DNA of 64,000 nucleotides from Candidatus Methylomirabilota bacterium. Its GTDB lineage: Bacteria; Methylomirabilota; Methylomirabilia; Rokubacteriales; CSP1-6. The position numbers and the translations under genes are program-made. Of this stretch, positions 22,135 to 29,920 are shown piece by piece (within the stretch, counting starts at the first letter, position 1; every line of letters starts with the position of its first letter). The stretch lies in NCBI GenBank assembly GCA_046726415.1, contig JBKPAK010000112.1, forward strand, positions 8,086 through 72,085, read 5' to 3'. A model generated the notes under the pieces. The model had not been told where the DNA came from, made no database searches, and was given only the letters and a program-made list of their open reading frames with translations.

Positions 22135-22881
22135 ATGAGCGCGCGGAGCCGGATCGGCGTCATGGGGCCTTCGACCAACACCACCTTCGAGGGTGACTTC
22201 CAGCTGGTGGCCCCGCCCGGCGTGACCATCCACGGCCAGCGGCTCTGGCTCACCAACGACGCGGCCGGCGCCCCGGGAATGGACCGCATGAACGCTGAGG
22301 TCGAAGCCGGTGCCCGCTACCTCGCGACGGCCAAGGTAGATGTCGTCGCCTACGGCTGCACGACCGGCAGCTTCTATCGCGGGCCGGGCTGGGACCGCGA
22401 CATGATCGATCTGATCCAGCGCGCGGCCGGCGTTCCCGCAGTGGCCACCAGCCCCTCGGTGGTAGAAGCGCTGCGCTTCTTCGGCGCGCGGACGATCTCC
22501 GTGGCGACGCCCTATCCCGACTGGAACAACCGCCAGCTTCGCGCCTACCTCGAGGCGCTCGGCTTCACCGTTCTCAACGTGGAGGGCGAGCCCCGCGCCG
22601 CCGCCTCGGGCAATCAGGGCATCAACGATTTCGAACCGGCAGACGTGGTCAGGTTCGCTCCTCGGGTGTGCCGACCCGAAGCCGACGCGCTTCTCTGCTC
22701 CTGCACCGCATGGCGCGCGATGGAGGCGGTGGCCGAGCTGGAGCGGCGCACCGGTAAGCCCGTGGTGACGTCCAACCAGGCGAGCGTCTGGGCAGCCTAC
22801 CGCGCGCTGAGGCTCACCGCGAAGATCACGGGCTTCGGCCGGCTCCTGGAAAGCCTGGCGGGGGCGACCGCGGCGTCCTGA
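22135..22881 (+). CDS. Maleate cis-trans isomerase / Asp-Glu racemase superfamily protein
   Basis: PSTN, YGCTTGS, ATPY, SCT, PVVTSNQA; both catalytic Cys present. Confidence 0.88.
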   Translation: MSARSRIGVMGPSTNTTFEGDFQLVAPPGVTIHGQRLWLTNDAAGAPGMDRMNAEVEAGARYLATAKVDVVAYGCTTGSFYRGPGWDRDMIDLIQRAAGVPAVATSPSVVEALRFFGARTISVATPYPDWNNRQLRAYLEALGFTVLNVEGEPRAAASGNQGINDFEPADVVRFAPRVCRPEADALLCSCTAWRAMEAVAELERRTGKPVVTSNQASVWAAYRALRLTAKITGFGRLLESLAGATAAS

Positions 22882-22923
22882 GCGGCGGTCCACCACTGCG
22901 AGTCGGCAAGACGGATCACCTGC

Positions 22924-22954
22924 TTGACCGAAGGTGCACGAGGGTCGCTATAAT
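22924..22954 (+). promoter_or_regulatory. Candidate promoter of the liv-like operon
   Basis: TTGACC-19 bp-TATAAT, 45 bp upstream of the ATG. Confidence 0.5.
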
Positions 22955-22999
22955 GCGCCCCAAAACCCGACCCACCGTGCCAGCAAGGAGGGTGTATCC

Positions 23000-24196
23000 A
23001 TGAACCTGTTGCATTTGGCGCTCGCGTCAGTGGTGGCCCTCGCGCTGGTCGCCGGCCCCGCCGTCACCATGCTCGATGCTCAGAGCAAGGGCACCGTCAA
23101 AATCGCCACCCAGAGTCCGCTCAGCGGAGGTCAGGCCGCCCTCGGCGAGGGCATCAAGCTCGGCGCCCAGCTCGCCATCGACAAGTTCAAAGGCAATCTC
23201 GAGAAAGCCGGCTTCAAAGTCGAGCTGGTCCCCTTCGACGATCAGGCCAAGCCTGACGTCGGGGTGGCCAACGCCAAGAACATCACCGCCGACAAGGACA
23301 TCCTGACCGTCATCGGCCACCTCAATTCGGGAGTAGCTATCCCGTCGTCGGAGGTTTACAAGGAAGTCAACCTCGCCATGATCTCGCCGGCCAACACGAA
23401 TCCGACCGTCACCGACCGCGGCTACCCGAACGTGAACCGGGTGTGTGGCCGCGATGACGTCCAGGGCGTGGTCGGCTCGGAGTTCGCCAAGACGACGGTG
23501 AATGCGAAGAGCGCGTACATTGTCCACGACAAGACCACCTACGGGCAGGGCGTGGCGGAGTTCTTCAAGACCGACGCCGAAAAGAAGGGCATCAAGGTGC
23601 TCGGCTTCGAAGGCACCGAAGAGAAGTCCAACTTCGATCCCATCATCACGCCCATCAAAGCCAAGAATCCCGATCTCGTCTACTTCGGTGGCATCTACGA
23701 TCAGGGCGCCCCTTTCTTCAAGCAGGCCCGAGAGAAGGGCCTGAAGGGCAAGTTCATGGGGCCGGATGGCATGGACTCCTCTGATCTCACGAAGATCGCC
23801 GGCAAGGCGGTGGTCGGCATGTACTACACGTCGGCGGCCGGACCGGCCTCGGCGCTGCCGAAGGCCAAGCAGTTCGTCGAGGACTTCAAGAAGAAGTTCG
23901 GGAAGAACCCTGAGCCATACGCCGCCGAGGCCTACGACGCCACCGCCATCGCCCTGAAGGCGGTCGAGATGGCAGCGAAGGGCGGCAAGGCGCCCACCCG
24001 TGAAGACGTGTCGACGGCGATCCGCAAGGTGAAATACGACGGGATCACCGGCGAGATCGAATTCGACAGCAAAGGCGATCGCAAGAAGGCCCTCTACTTC
24101 GTGCTGCAGGTGGTCAACGACAACCCCGAGAAGTGGGGAGACAACAAGATCGTCAAGCAGCTGACCATCGCGCCGCCCGCGACGGCGAAGAAGTAG
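23000..24196 (+). CDS. Branched-chain amino acid ABC transporter substrate-binding protein (LivK/LivJ-like)
   Basis: Signal peptide, PLSG, DDQAKP, GHLNSG, YGQG.A, YDA; SD AAGGAGG. Confidence 0.93.
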   Translation: MNLLHLALASVVALALVAGPAVTMLDAQSKGTVKIATQSPLSGGQAALGEGIKLGAQLAIDKFKGNLEKAGFKVELVPFDDQAKPDVGVANAKNITADKDILTVIGHLNSGVAIPSSEVYKEVNLAMISPANTNPTVTDRGYPNVNRVCGRDDVQGVVGSEFAKTTVNAKSAYIVHDKTTYGQGVAEFFKTDAEKKGIKVLGFEGTEEKSNFDPIITPIKAKNPDLVYFGGIYDQGAPFFKQAREKGLKGKFMGPDGMDSSDLTKIAGKAVVGMYYTSAAGPASALPKAKQFVEDFKKKFGKNPEPYAAEAYDATAIALKAVEMAAKGGKAPTREDVSTAIRKVKYDGITGEIEFDSKGDRKKALYFVLQVVNDNPEKWGDNKIVKQLTIAPPATAKK

Positions 24197-24266
24197 GGCC
24201 GCGACTCGACGGATTCCGGTGGCGAGGCCGGCGGGCCCCCCTCGGAGGCCTCAGACGTCCATGAGC

Positions 24267-24389
24267 ATGGGGGGCCCCGACCTGGCCCCTCATCTCCCCC
24301 TACGCTCGGAGCGTCACGGCGCGGCCGAGACGCTCCTCGGCACCTCTCCCATCCTCGGCGCGCCCCGGCGCAGCCGTGACGCTCCTCGA
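24267..24389 (+). repeat. Dispersed structured repeat, family B, with a duplicated 3' half
   Basis: ATGGGGGGCCCCGACCTGGCCCCTCAT..CCCCC..CGCTCGGAGCGTCACGGCGCGGCCGAGACGCTCCTCG, then a second CTCGGCGCGCCCCGGCGCAGCCGTGACGCTCCTCGA (24354-24389). Confidence 0.75.
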
Positions 24390-24437
24390 GACCGCCATCG
24401 CGTGGGGCGCCCGTTCGCTGGCCGCGGCGCTTAGCCC

Positions 24438-25409
24438 ATGGACATTGGGCTGCTCGTCGGCGTCTTCCCCCAGGTCCTCCTCGACGGCATCATCCTCGGC
24501 TTCATGTACGCTCTCATCGCGCTGGGTTATACGATGGTGTACGGCGTCCTGGAATTCATCAACTTCGCGCACTCCGAGATCTTCGTGGTGGGGGCTTTCG
24601 TGGGCGTGGAGATTCTCCTCGGGATGAAGGGCGCCGGCCTTCTGGAGAACGTCCCGTGGCCCTTCCTGCTCTTGCTCATCCTCGTGGCCGGTATGACCGT
24701 CAGCGGTCTCCTCGCCGTCACGGTGGAGCGCGTAGCCTACCGTCCCCTGCGTGCCTCCCCCCGCCTGATCCCCCTCATCTCGGCCATCGGCGTGTCCTTC
24801 TTCCTCCAAGACGTCGTGCGCCTCGTCGAGTCCATCTGGCGCAATGCCTTCAACCTCGTGTACCCGACCATCGATGCTCTCGACGTGCGCTTCGAGCTGA
24901 CGCCCACCATCGACATCTCGGTGAAGGCGCTCGTGGTCATTGCCGGCGCCCTGGCGATGCTGTGGGTGCTGCACCTCGTCGTCAATCGCACCAAGATCGG
25001 CATGGCCATCCGCGCGGTGGCCGAGGATCAGTCCGCCGCGAGCCTCATGGGCATCAACGTCAATCGCATCATCTCGCTCACGTTCCTGATCGGCGGAGCC
25101 ATGGGCGGTGCGGCTGGGGTGCTCTTCGGCGTGCAGTACGGACTCATCAATCCCTATACCGGGTTCATTCCCGGACTCAAAGCCTTTACCGCGGCCGTCC
25201 TGGGTGGGATCGGGAACATCCCGGGAGCGATGATCGGTGGTCTGGTCCTCGGGTTACTCGAGGCTTTCGCCGCCTCGTATCTCTCGCTCCTGACTGGCGG
25301 CGCCTTCGGCGCGGAATACAAGGATATCTTCGCGTTTTCGATTCTCATCCTCATCCTGATTTTCCGCCCCAAGGGCCTGCTCGGCGAAGTCGTTCGGGAG
25401 CGGGCATGA
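24438..25409 (+). CDS. livH: Branched-chain amino acid ABC transporter permease LivH
   Basis: YALIALGYTMVYG..NFAH, KAF.AAVLGGIG. Confidence 0.93.
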   Translation: MDIGLLVGVFPQVLLDGIILGFMYALIALGYTMVYGVLEFINFAHSEIFVVGAFVGVEILLGMKGAGLLENVPWPFLLLLILVAGMTVSGLLAVTVERVAYRPLRASPRLIPLISAIGVSFFLQDVVRLVESIWRNAFNLVYPTIDALDVRFELTPTIDISVKALVVIAGALAMLWVLHLVVNRTKIGMAIRAVAEDQSAASLMGINVNRIISLTFLIGGAMGGAAGVLFGVQYGLINPYTGFIPGLKAFTAAVLGGIGNIPGAMIGGLVLGLLEAFAASYLSLLTGGAFGAEYKDIFAFSILILILIFRPKGLLGEVVRERA

Positions 25410-26626
25410 TCCGGTCGGGCCTGGCGGTGGCCGCCCTCGCCATCTCGGTGGCCGCCGTGGCGATTTTCCCGCGCTCCGTCCTCGCCTTCCTGCTCTTCCA
25501 GGGCTCGCTGCTGGGCATCTACCTTGCGCGTATGCCCGGCTGGTTGCGCGGTGCGTTCTTCGCCGTGGCTCTCCTGGTGATGATGCCGATCATCGGCTCG
25601 TACAACGGCTACTACTTGGAGATCGCCACCCAGGTCGGGATCTTCGTGGCTCTCGCGCTTGGCCTCAACATCGTGGTGGGGCTGGCCGGCCTACTGGACC
25701 TCGGCTACGTGGCCTTCTTCGCCGTCGGCGCGTACACGTGGGCGATATTCGGCTCGCCGCAGGCCAACCAGATGTTCGGGAGCGGCTTCCCTCTTGCGCC
25801 TGGATGGTTCTATGTCTTCCTGGCCTTTGGTCTTCTGACCGCCGCCACCTGCGGCATCATCCTCGGCCTGCCGGTGCTGCGCCTGCGCGGCGACTACCTC
25901 GCCATCGTCACCCTCGGCTTCGGTGAGGTGATCCGCGTGCTCGCCAACAACCTCGACAAGCCCATCAACATCACCAATGGCCCCAAAGGCATCACTCCCA
26001 TCGTGCGCCCCCCCGCCCCGTTCGGACTCTCCTACGGCGAGTTCTTCTACTTCCTCGTGCTGGCCATCGTTGTCGTGGTCATTCTGGTCAACCGCCGGCT
26101 CGCCGACTCGCACATCGGCCGGGCCTGGGAGGCCATGCGCGAAGACGAGCTCGCCGCGCAGGCCATGGGGGTCCCGCTCGTACGGGCCAAGCTCCTGGCG
26201 TTCGCCTGCGGGGCGTCGTTCGCCGGGGTGATGGGGGTGGTGTTCGCCTCGAAGCAGGTCTTCATCAATCCGGAGTCGTTCACCTTCCTGGAGTCCATCG
26301 GCGTGCTGGCCATGGTGATCCTCGGGGGTATGGGTTCCATTCCCGGCGCCGTCCTGGGGGCCACGGTGGTGACCGTCTTGAACCTCCAGGTTCTGAAGGG
26401 TTTCTCGCTCTGGCTCAACGAGTTGAAGAATGCCGGAGTCGCCGTCCTCGGATTCAACCTGGCCGACCTCCCCACTCAGTTCGAGCCGGCCAAGTACGAG
26501 CGCATGATCTTCGGCCTCATCCTAGTACTCATGATGATCTTCCGGCCGCAGGGCATCCTGCCCGCTCAGCGGCGTCAGCGCGAGCTCGCCCGGGGCAGTG
26601 CCGCGCCCGACCCTTCCGCGCCGTGA
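25406..26626 (+). CDS. livM: Branched-chain amino acid ABC transporter permease LivM
   Basis: GLNIVVGLAGLLDLG, LRGDYLAIVTLGFGE, MVILGGMG. Confidence 0.93.
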   Translation: MIRSGLAVAALAISVAAVAIFPRSVLAFLLFQGSLLGIYLARMPGWLRGAFFAVALLVMMPIIGSYNGYYLEIATQVGIFVALALGLNIVVGLAGLLDLGYVAFFAVGAYTWAIFGSPQANQMFGSGFPLAPGWFYVFLAFGLLTAATCGIILGLPVLRLRGDYLAIVTLGFGEVIRVLANNLDKPINITNGPKGITPIVRPPAPFGLSYGEFFYFLVLAIVVVVILVNRRLADSHIGRAWEAMREDELAAQAMGVPLVRAKLLAFACGASFAGVMGVVFASKQVFINPESFTFLESIGVLAMVILGGMGSIPGAVLGATVVTVLNLQVLKGFSLWLNELKNAGVAVLGFNLADLPTQFEPAKYERMIFGLILVLMMIFRPQGILPAQRRQRELARGSAAPDPSAP

Positions 26627-27459
26627 CGCCGCTGCTCCAGGCGAGCGGGGTGACCAAACGCTTCGGCGGACTCACCGCCGTCAGCAGCGTGGACTTCGCC
26701 CTGGACGGCGGGATCACATCCATCATCGGTCCCAACGGGGCCGGAAAGACAACGCTCTTCAACATCTTCACCGGCCTCTACGCGCCCGACGCCGGCGAGG
26801 TGCGGTTTCGCGGCGAGATCCTGGCCGGCCGGCGCCCCGACCAGATCACCGGGCTCGGCGTGTGCCGGACGTTCCAGAACATCCGCCTCTTCGGCAACAT
26901 GACGGTGATCGAGAACGTCCTGGTGGGGATGCATGCGCGCATTCGCCTCGGGCTGTGGGATGTGCTGGTGCGCGGCCCCCGTTTCCGCCGCGCGGAGAGT
27001 CAATCGTGGGAGCGAGGCGCGATGCTGCTCGAGCGCGTCGGACTCCGCGCCCACGCCAACCACGTCGCCCGGAACCTTCCCTACGGCGACCAGCGCCGCC
27101 TGGAGATCGCGCGCGCGCTCGCCTCAGAGCCCGCCGTCCTTCTGCTCGACGAGCCCACCGCCGGAATGACCCAGAACGAGGCGCGCCGCTTGATGGGTCT
27201 GCTCCGAGGCCTGGTCGCCGACCTCGGCCTGGCCATCGTGCTCATCGAGCACAACATGCGCGTGGTCATGGAGGTCTCCGATCGGGTGACGGTCTTGGAC
27301 CACGGGGAGAAAATCGCCGAGGGCCGGCCGGGGGAGGTGCGGGCCGACACGCGCGTGATCGAGGCCTACCTGGGGCGCGGCAGCAGTGCGGGTCGGACCA
27401 CCGAGCGGCCTCGGCTGAGCGTTGACCGGCCGTCGGGAGCAGCCTCTGCTGAGCGTTGA
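26623..27459 (+). CDS. livG: ABC transporter ATP-binding protein LivG
   Basis: FGGLTAV, GPNGAGKTT, RTFQN, LPYG, LDEP, AYLG. Confidence 0.93.
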   Translation: MTPLLQASGVTKRFGGLTAVSSVDFALDGGITSIIGPNGAGKTTLFNIFTGLYAPDAGEVRFRGEILAGRRPDQITGLGVCRTFQNIRLFGNMTVIENVLVGMHARIRLGLWDVLVRGPRFRRAESQSWERGAMLLERVGLRAHANHVARNLPYGDQRRLEIARALASEPAVLLLDEPTAGMTQNEARRLMGLLRGLVADLGLAIVLIEHNMRVVMEVSDRVTVLDHGEKIAEGRPGEVRADTRVIEAYLGRGSSAGRTTERPRLSVDRPSGAASAER

Positions 27460-27460
27460 C
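27403..27460 (+). repeat. 24-bp imperfect direct repeat (34-bp period) at the livG/livF junction
   Basis: gagcggcctcggctgagcgttgac / gagcagcctctgctgagcgttgac. Confidence 0.75.
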
Positions 27461-28147
27461 GCCTTGCACGTCTACTACGGGGAAATCCACGCCCTCAAGG
27501 GCGTAGCCTTCCGCGTGGAGCGCGGCGAGATCGTGGCCCTGCTCGGCAACAATGGCGCCGGCAAAACCACGACGCTCAAGACCGTGTCCGGACTGCTGAC
27601 CCCGAGGACAGGGGGCGTGGCCCTGGAGGGAGAGCAGCTCACCGGCCGTCCCCCGCACGAGGTCGTCCTGAAGGGGATCGCTCACGTCCCCGAGGGGCGA
27701 CGGATTTTCAATCGACTGACCGTGCGCGAGAATCTGCTGATGGGCGCCTATCGCCGGCGCGACACCGGAATCGCCAGCGATTTCGAACGCGCCCTCGCGC
27801 TTTTCCCGCGATTGCGCGAACGGCTTGCCCAGATCGCCGGCACCCTCTCGGGCGGGGAACAGCAGATGCTGGCCATCGCGCGCGCCCTCATGACGAACCC
27901 TCGGCTGCTACTCCTGGACGAGCCGAGCATGGGGCTCGCCCCTGTCCTCGTGGAACAGATATTCCAGACCATCAGTGACATCAACCGCGAGGGCACGACG
28001 ATCCTGCTCGTCGAGCAGAACGCCGCCATGGCCCTCGCCCTCGCTCATCGGGCGTACGTGCTGGAAACCGGCACCGTCATGCTCTCGGGTCCCGCCAGCG
28101 CGCTGGCCCAGAACCCCGAGGTCCGGCGCATCTACCTCGGCGAGTAG
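27422..28147 (+). CDS. livF: ABC transporter ATP-binding protein LivF
   Basis: GNNGAGKTT, VPEGRRIF, LSGGEQQM, LDEPSMGLAP. Confidence 0.93.
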   Translation: MTGRREQPLLSVDALHVYYGEIHALKGVAFRVERGEIVALLGNNGAGKTTTLKTVSGLLTPRTGGVALEGEQLTGRPPHEVVLKGIAHVPEGRRIFNRLTVRENLLMGAYRRRDTGIASDFERALALFPRLRERLAQIAGTLSGGEQQMLAIARALMTNPRLLLLDEPSMGLAPVLVEQIFQTISDINREGTTILLVEQNAAMALALAHRAYVLETGTVMLSGPASALAQNPEVRRIYLGE

Positions 28148-28151
28148 CCGC

Positions 28152-28299
28152 AGGACGCAGGGTGAGCCACAGGTCGAGGCGAGCTAGGACGCAGGGCGAG
28201 CCGCAGGTCGTCGCAGGGCCGGGGCCCCGCCGTCCGAGGCGAGCTAGGACGCAGGGCGAGCCGCAGGTCGTCGCGGGGCTGGGGCCCCGCCGTCCGAGG
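28152..28299 (+). repeat. 60-bp tandem repeat (family C): two full units plus a partial unit
   Basis: Units 28175-28234 and 28235-28294 differ at 2 positions; partial unit at 28152-28176. Confidence 0.92.
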
Positions 28300-28320
28300 A
28301 GAGTAGGAAAGGAAGACGGG

Positions 28321-28776
28321 ATGCACATGCCGGGACTGACCTATGAGGCCCACACCGTCGGAGCGAAGTACCAGACCCACGGCCGGACGGTCTCCGAGAC
28401 CGACATCGTCACCTTCGTCAATCTCTGCGGCTTCACCGAGCCGCTCTTCATGGACATGGAGTACCTCGCCCGCGAGTCGATGTTCGCGCGCCGCGCGGCC
28501 CCGGGCGCGCTGACCTTCGCGCTCTCCGAGGGGCTGATCATCCAGACCGGGATCATTCACGGAACCGGCATGGCGTATCTGGGTGGTGAGATGCGAGTGG
28601 TGGCGCCCGTGCTGGAGGGAGACACCATCCGCGTCGAGGTCGAGGTCACGGCCAAGCGGGAGACGAAAAAGTCCGATCGGGGCATCGTCACCTACACCCA
28701 CCGAGTGACCAACCAGCGCGGCGAGCTGGTACTCGAGGCCAAGCTCTCGCGGATGATCAGGCGCGAGAAGGTGTAA
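28321..28776 (+). CDS. MaoC/PaaZ-like hot-dog fold dehydratase family protein
   Basis: GRTVSETDIV.F, PL.MD.EY, R.APG, PV..GDTI, NQRGE.V. Confidence 0.88.
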   Translation: MHMPGLTYEAHTVGAKYQTHGRTVSETDIVTFVNLCGFTEPLFMDMEYLARESMFARRAAPGALTFALSEGLIIQTGIIHGTGMAYLGGEMRVVAPVLEGDTIRVEVEVTAKRETKKSDRGIVTYTHRVTNQRGELVLEAKLSRMIRREKV

Positions 28777-28797
28777 TCCGGCCTGGGTCCAAAGGCG

Positions 28798-29721
28798 TCA
28801 GGCCCGCGGATGGAACTGGCGGTACATCTTGTGAATGGTCGCCGAGGGGAGATATGTGTAGACCTGGGTGGTGCTGATGTCGGCGTGACCCAGCATGGTC
28901 TGCACCGCCCGGAGATCGGCGCCGCCTTCGAGCAGGTGGCTTGCGAAGCAGTGGCGCAGCGTGTGGGGGGAGACGCGTGCGCGGATCCCCGCGGTCCGGG
29001 CCGCGCGGCGGACGATCTGCCAAAGGGCCTGCCGGGTGAGCCCCCCAGCGCGCGGGCTCAGGAAGAGGCGCCCCGGATCGCGGCGTCCACGCAGGAGTCG
29101 GGGGCGAATCTCTAGATAGCGGCGAATCCAGAGGAGTGCCTCCTCTCCCACGGGGACGATGCGCTCTTTCCTGGCCTTGCCCAGGCACTGGACGTAGCCC
29201 GCGTTGAGGTTGACGTCGCCCGCGGCCAGGCTCAGGCATTCCGTCGCCCGCAATCCGCTCGCGTAGAGCAGCTCGAGCAGGGCGCGATCGCGGAGACCGC
29301 GCGGCGTGGAGACGTCTGGCGCTTCGACCAGCGCCGCGGTGGCTTGAGGGGAGAGCGTCTTCGGCAGCGGGCGGGGCAAGCGGGGGCGCTCGATGTGCTC
29401 GGTGGGATCCCGGCGGATCTGGCCCTCCTGGCCCAGATGACGGAAGAATCCCCGCGCCGCGGCGAGACGGCGGGCCACCGTAGACGGCTTCCTCCCAGCT
29501 CGCCGCAGGGCATCCATCCAGTCGATGATGTCTTCGGGTGACGCCGAGGTGAGCGAGCGCCCCTCGCGGCGCAGACGAGTGGCCAGATCGCACAGATCGC
29601 GTCGGTAAGCGGCGACGGTGTTGCGCGAAACACCCTGCTCGGTTTGCAGGGCGGCGAGGAAGTCGGCGATGGCCGGTTCGCGTGCGACAGCATCCCCCTC
29701 CAAAGCGCGCGAACTCGCCAT
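28798..29721 (-). CDS. xerD: Tyrosine recombinase XerD
   Basis: SAM-like N-domain S.NT..AY.RDL; catalytic residues in GLR, GK, H.LRH, LGH, TQVY; C-terminal HPRA. Confidence 0.9.
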   Translation of the reverse strand: MASSRALEGDAVAREPAIADFLAALQTEQGVSRNTVAAYRRDLCDLATRLRREGRSLTSASPEDIIDWMDALRRAGRKPSTVARRLAAARGFFRHLGQEGQIRRDPTEHIERPRLPRPLPKTLSPQATAALVEAPDVSTPRGLRDRALLELLYASGLRATECLSLAAGDVNLNAGYVQCLGKARKERIVPVGEEALLWIRRYLEIRPRLLRGRRDPGRLFLSPRAGGLTRQALWQIVRRAARTAGIRARVSPHTLRHCFASHLLEGGADLRAVQTMLGHADISTTQVYTYLPSATIHKMYRQFHPRA

Positions 29722-29727
29722 GACGCC

Positions 29728-29736
29728 AGCCTATCA
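29728..29736 (-). promoter_or_regulatory. Extended -10 (TGaTAGGCT) 6 nt before the xerD ATG; candidate leaderless promoter
   Basis: TGnTANNNT with no SD upstream of the ATG. Confidence 0.55.
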
Positions 29737-29904
29737 AGGCGACCCGCCGTCGCTGGCATTTCGAGGGGGCGCTATGGCGCCGCGATGAGCGAAGCCCATC
29801 GACGTGATGGGGCCACGCGGACGGCGTTCCTCTCTGGCATTCGCCAGAAGCGTCGGCCCCCCCGATCCGTTTCGTCGCCTGCGCCGGGTGGGGCGCTTCG
29901 GCGA

Positions 29905-29913
29905 TGGTACACT
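29905..29913 (+). promoter_or_regulatory. Extended -10 (TGgTACACT) 7 nt before the hydantoinase ATG; candidate leaderless promoter
   Basis: TGnTANNNT with no SD upstream of the ATG. Confidence 0.55.
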
Positions 29914-29920
29914 CGTCGGC

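Noticed and set aside
22924-22954. MerR-type operator suggested by the 19-bp promoter spacer
   Set aside because: The dyad around GTGCAC is off-centre and weak, and there is no MerR gene nearby.
28152-28299. Possible CRISPR array
   Set aside because: Units are contiguous 60-mers with no unique spacers, and there are no cas genes in the window.
28798-29721. Integrase marking a prophage or genomic island
   Set aside because: Sequence is a housekeeping XerD type (HPRA end); no att repeats, tRNA, phage genes or compositional shift were seen.
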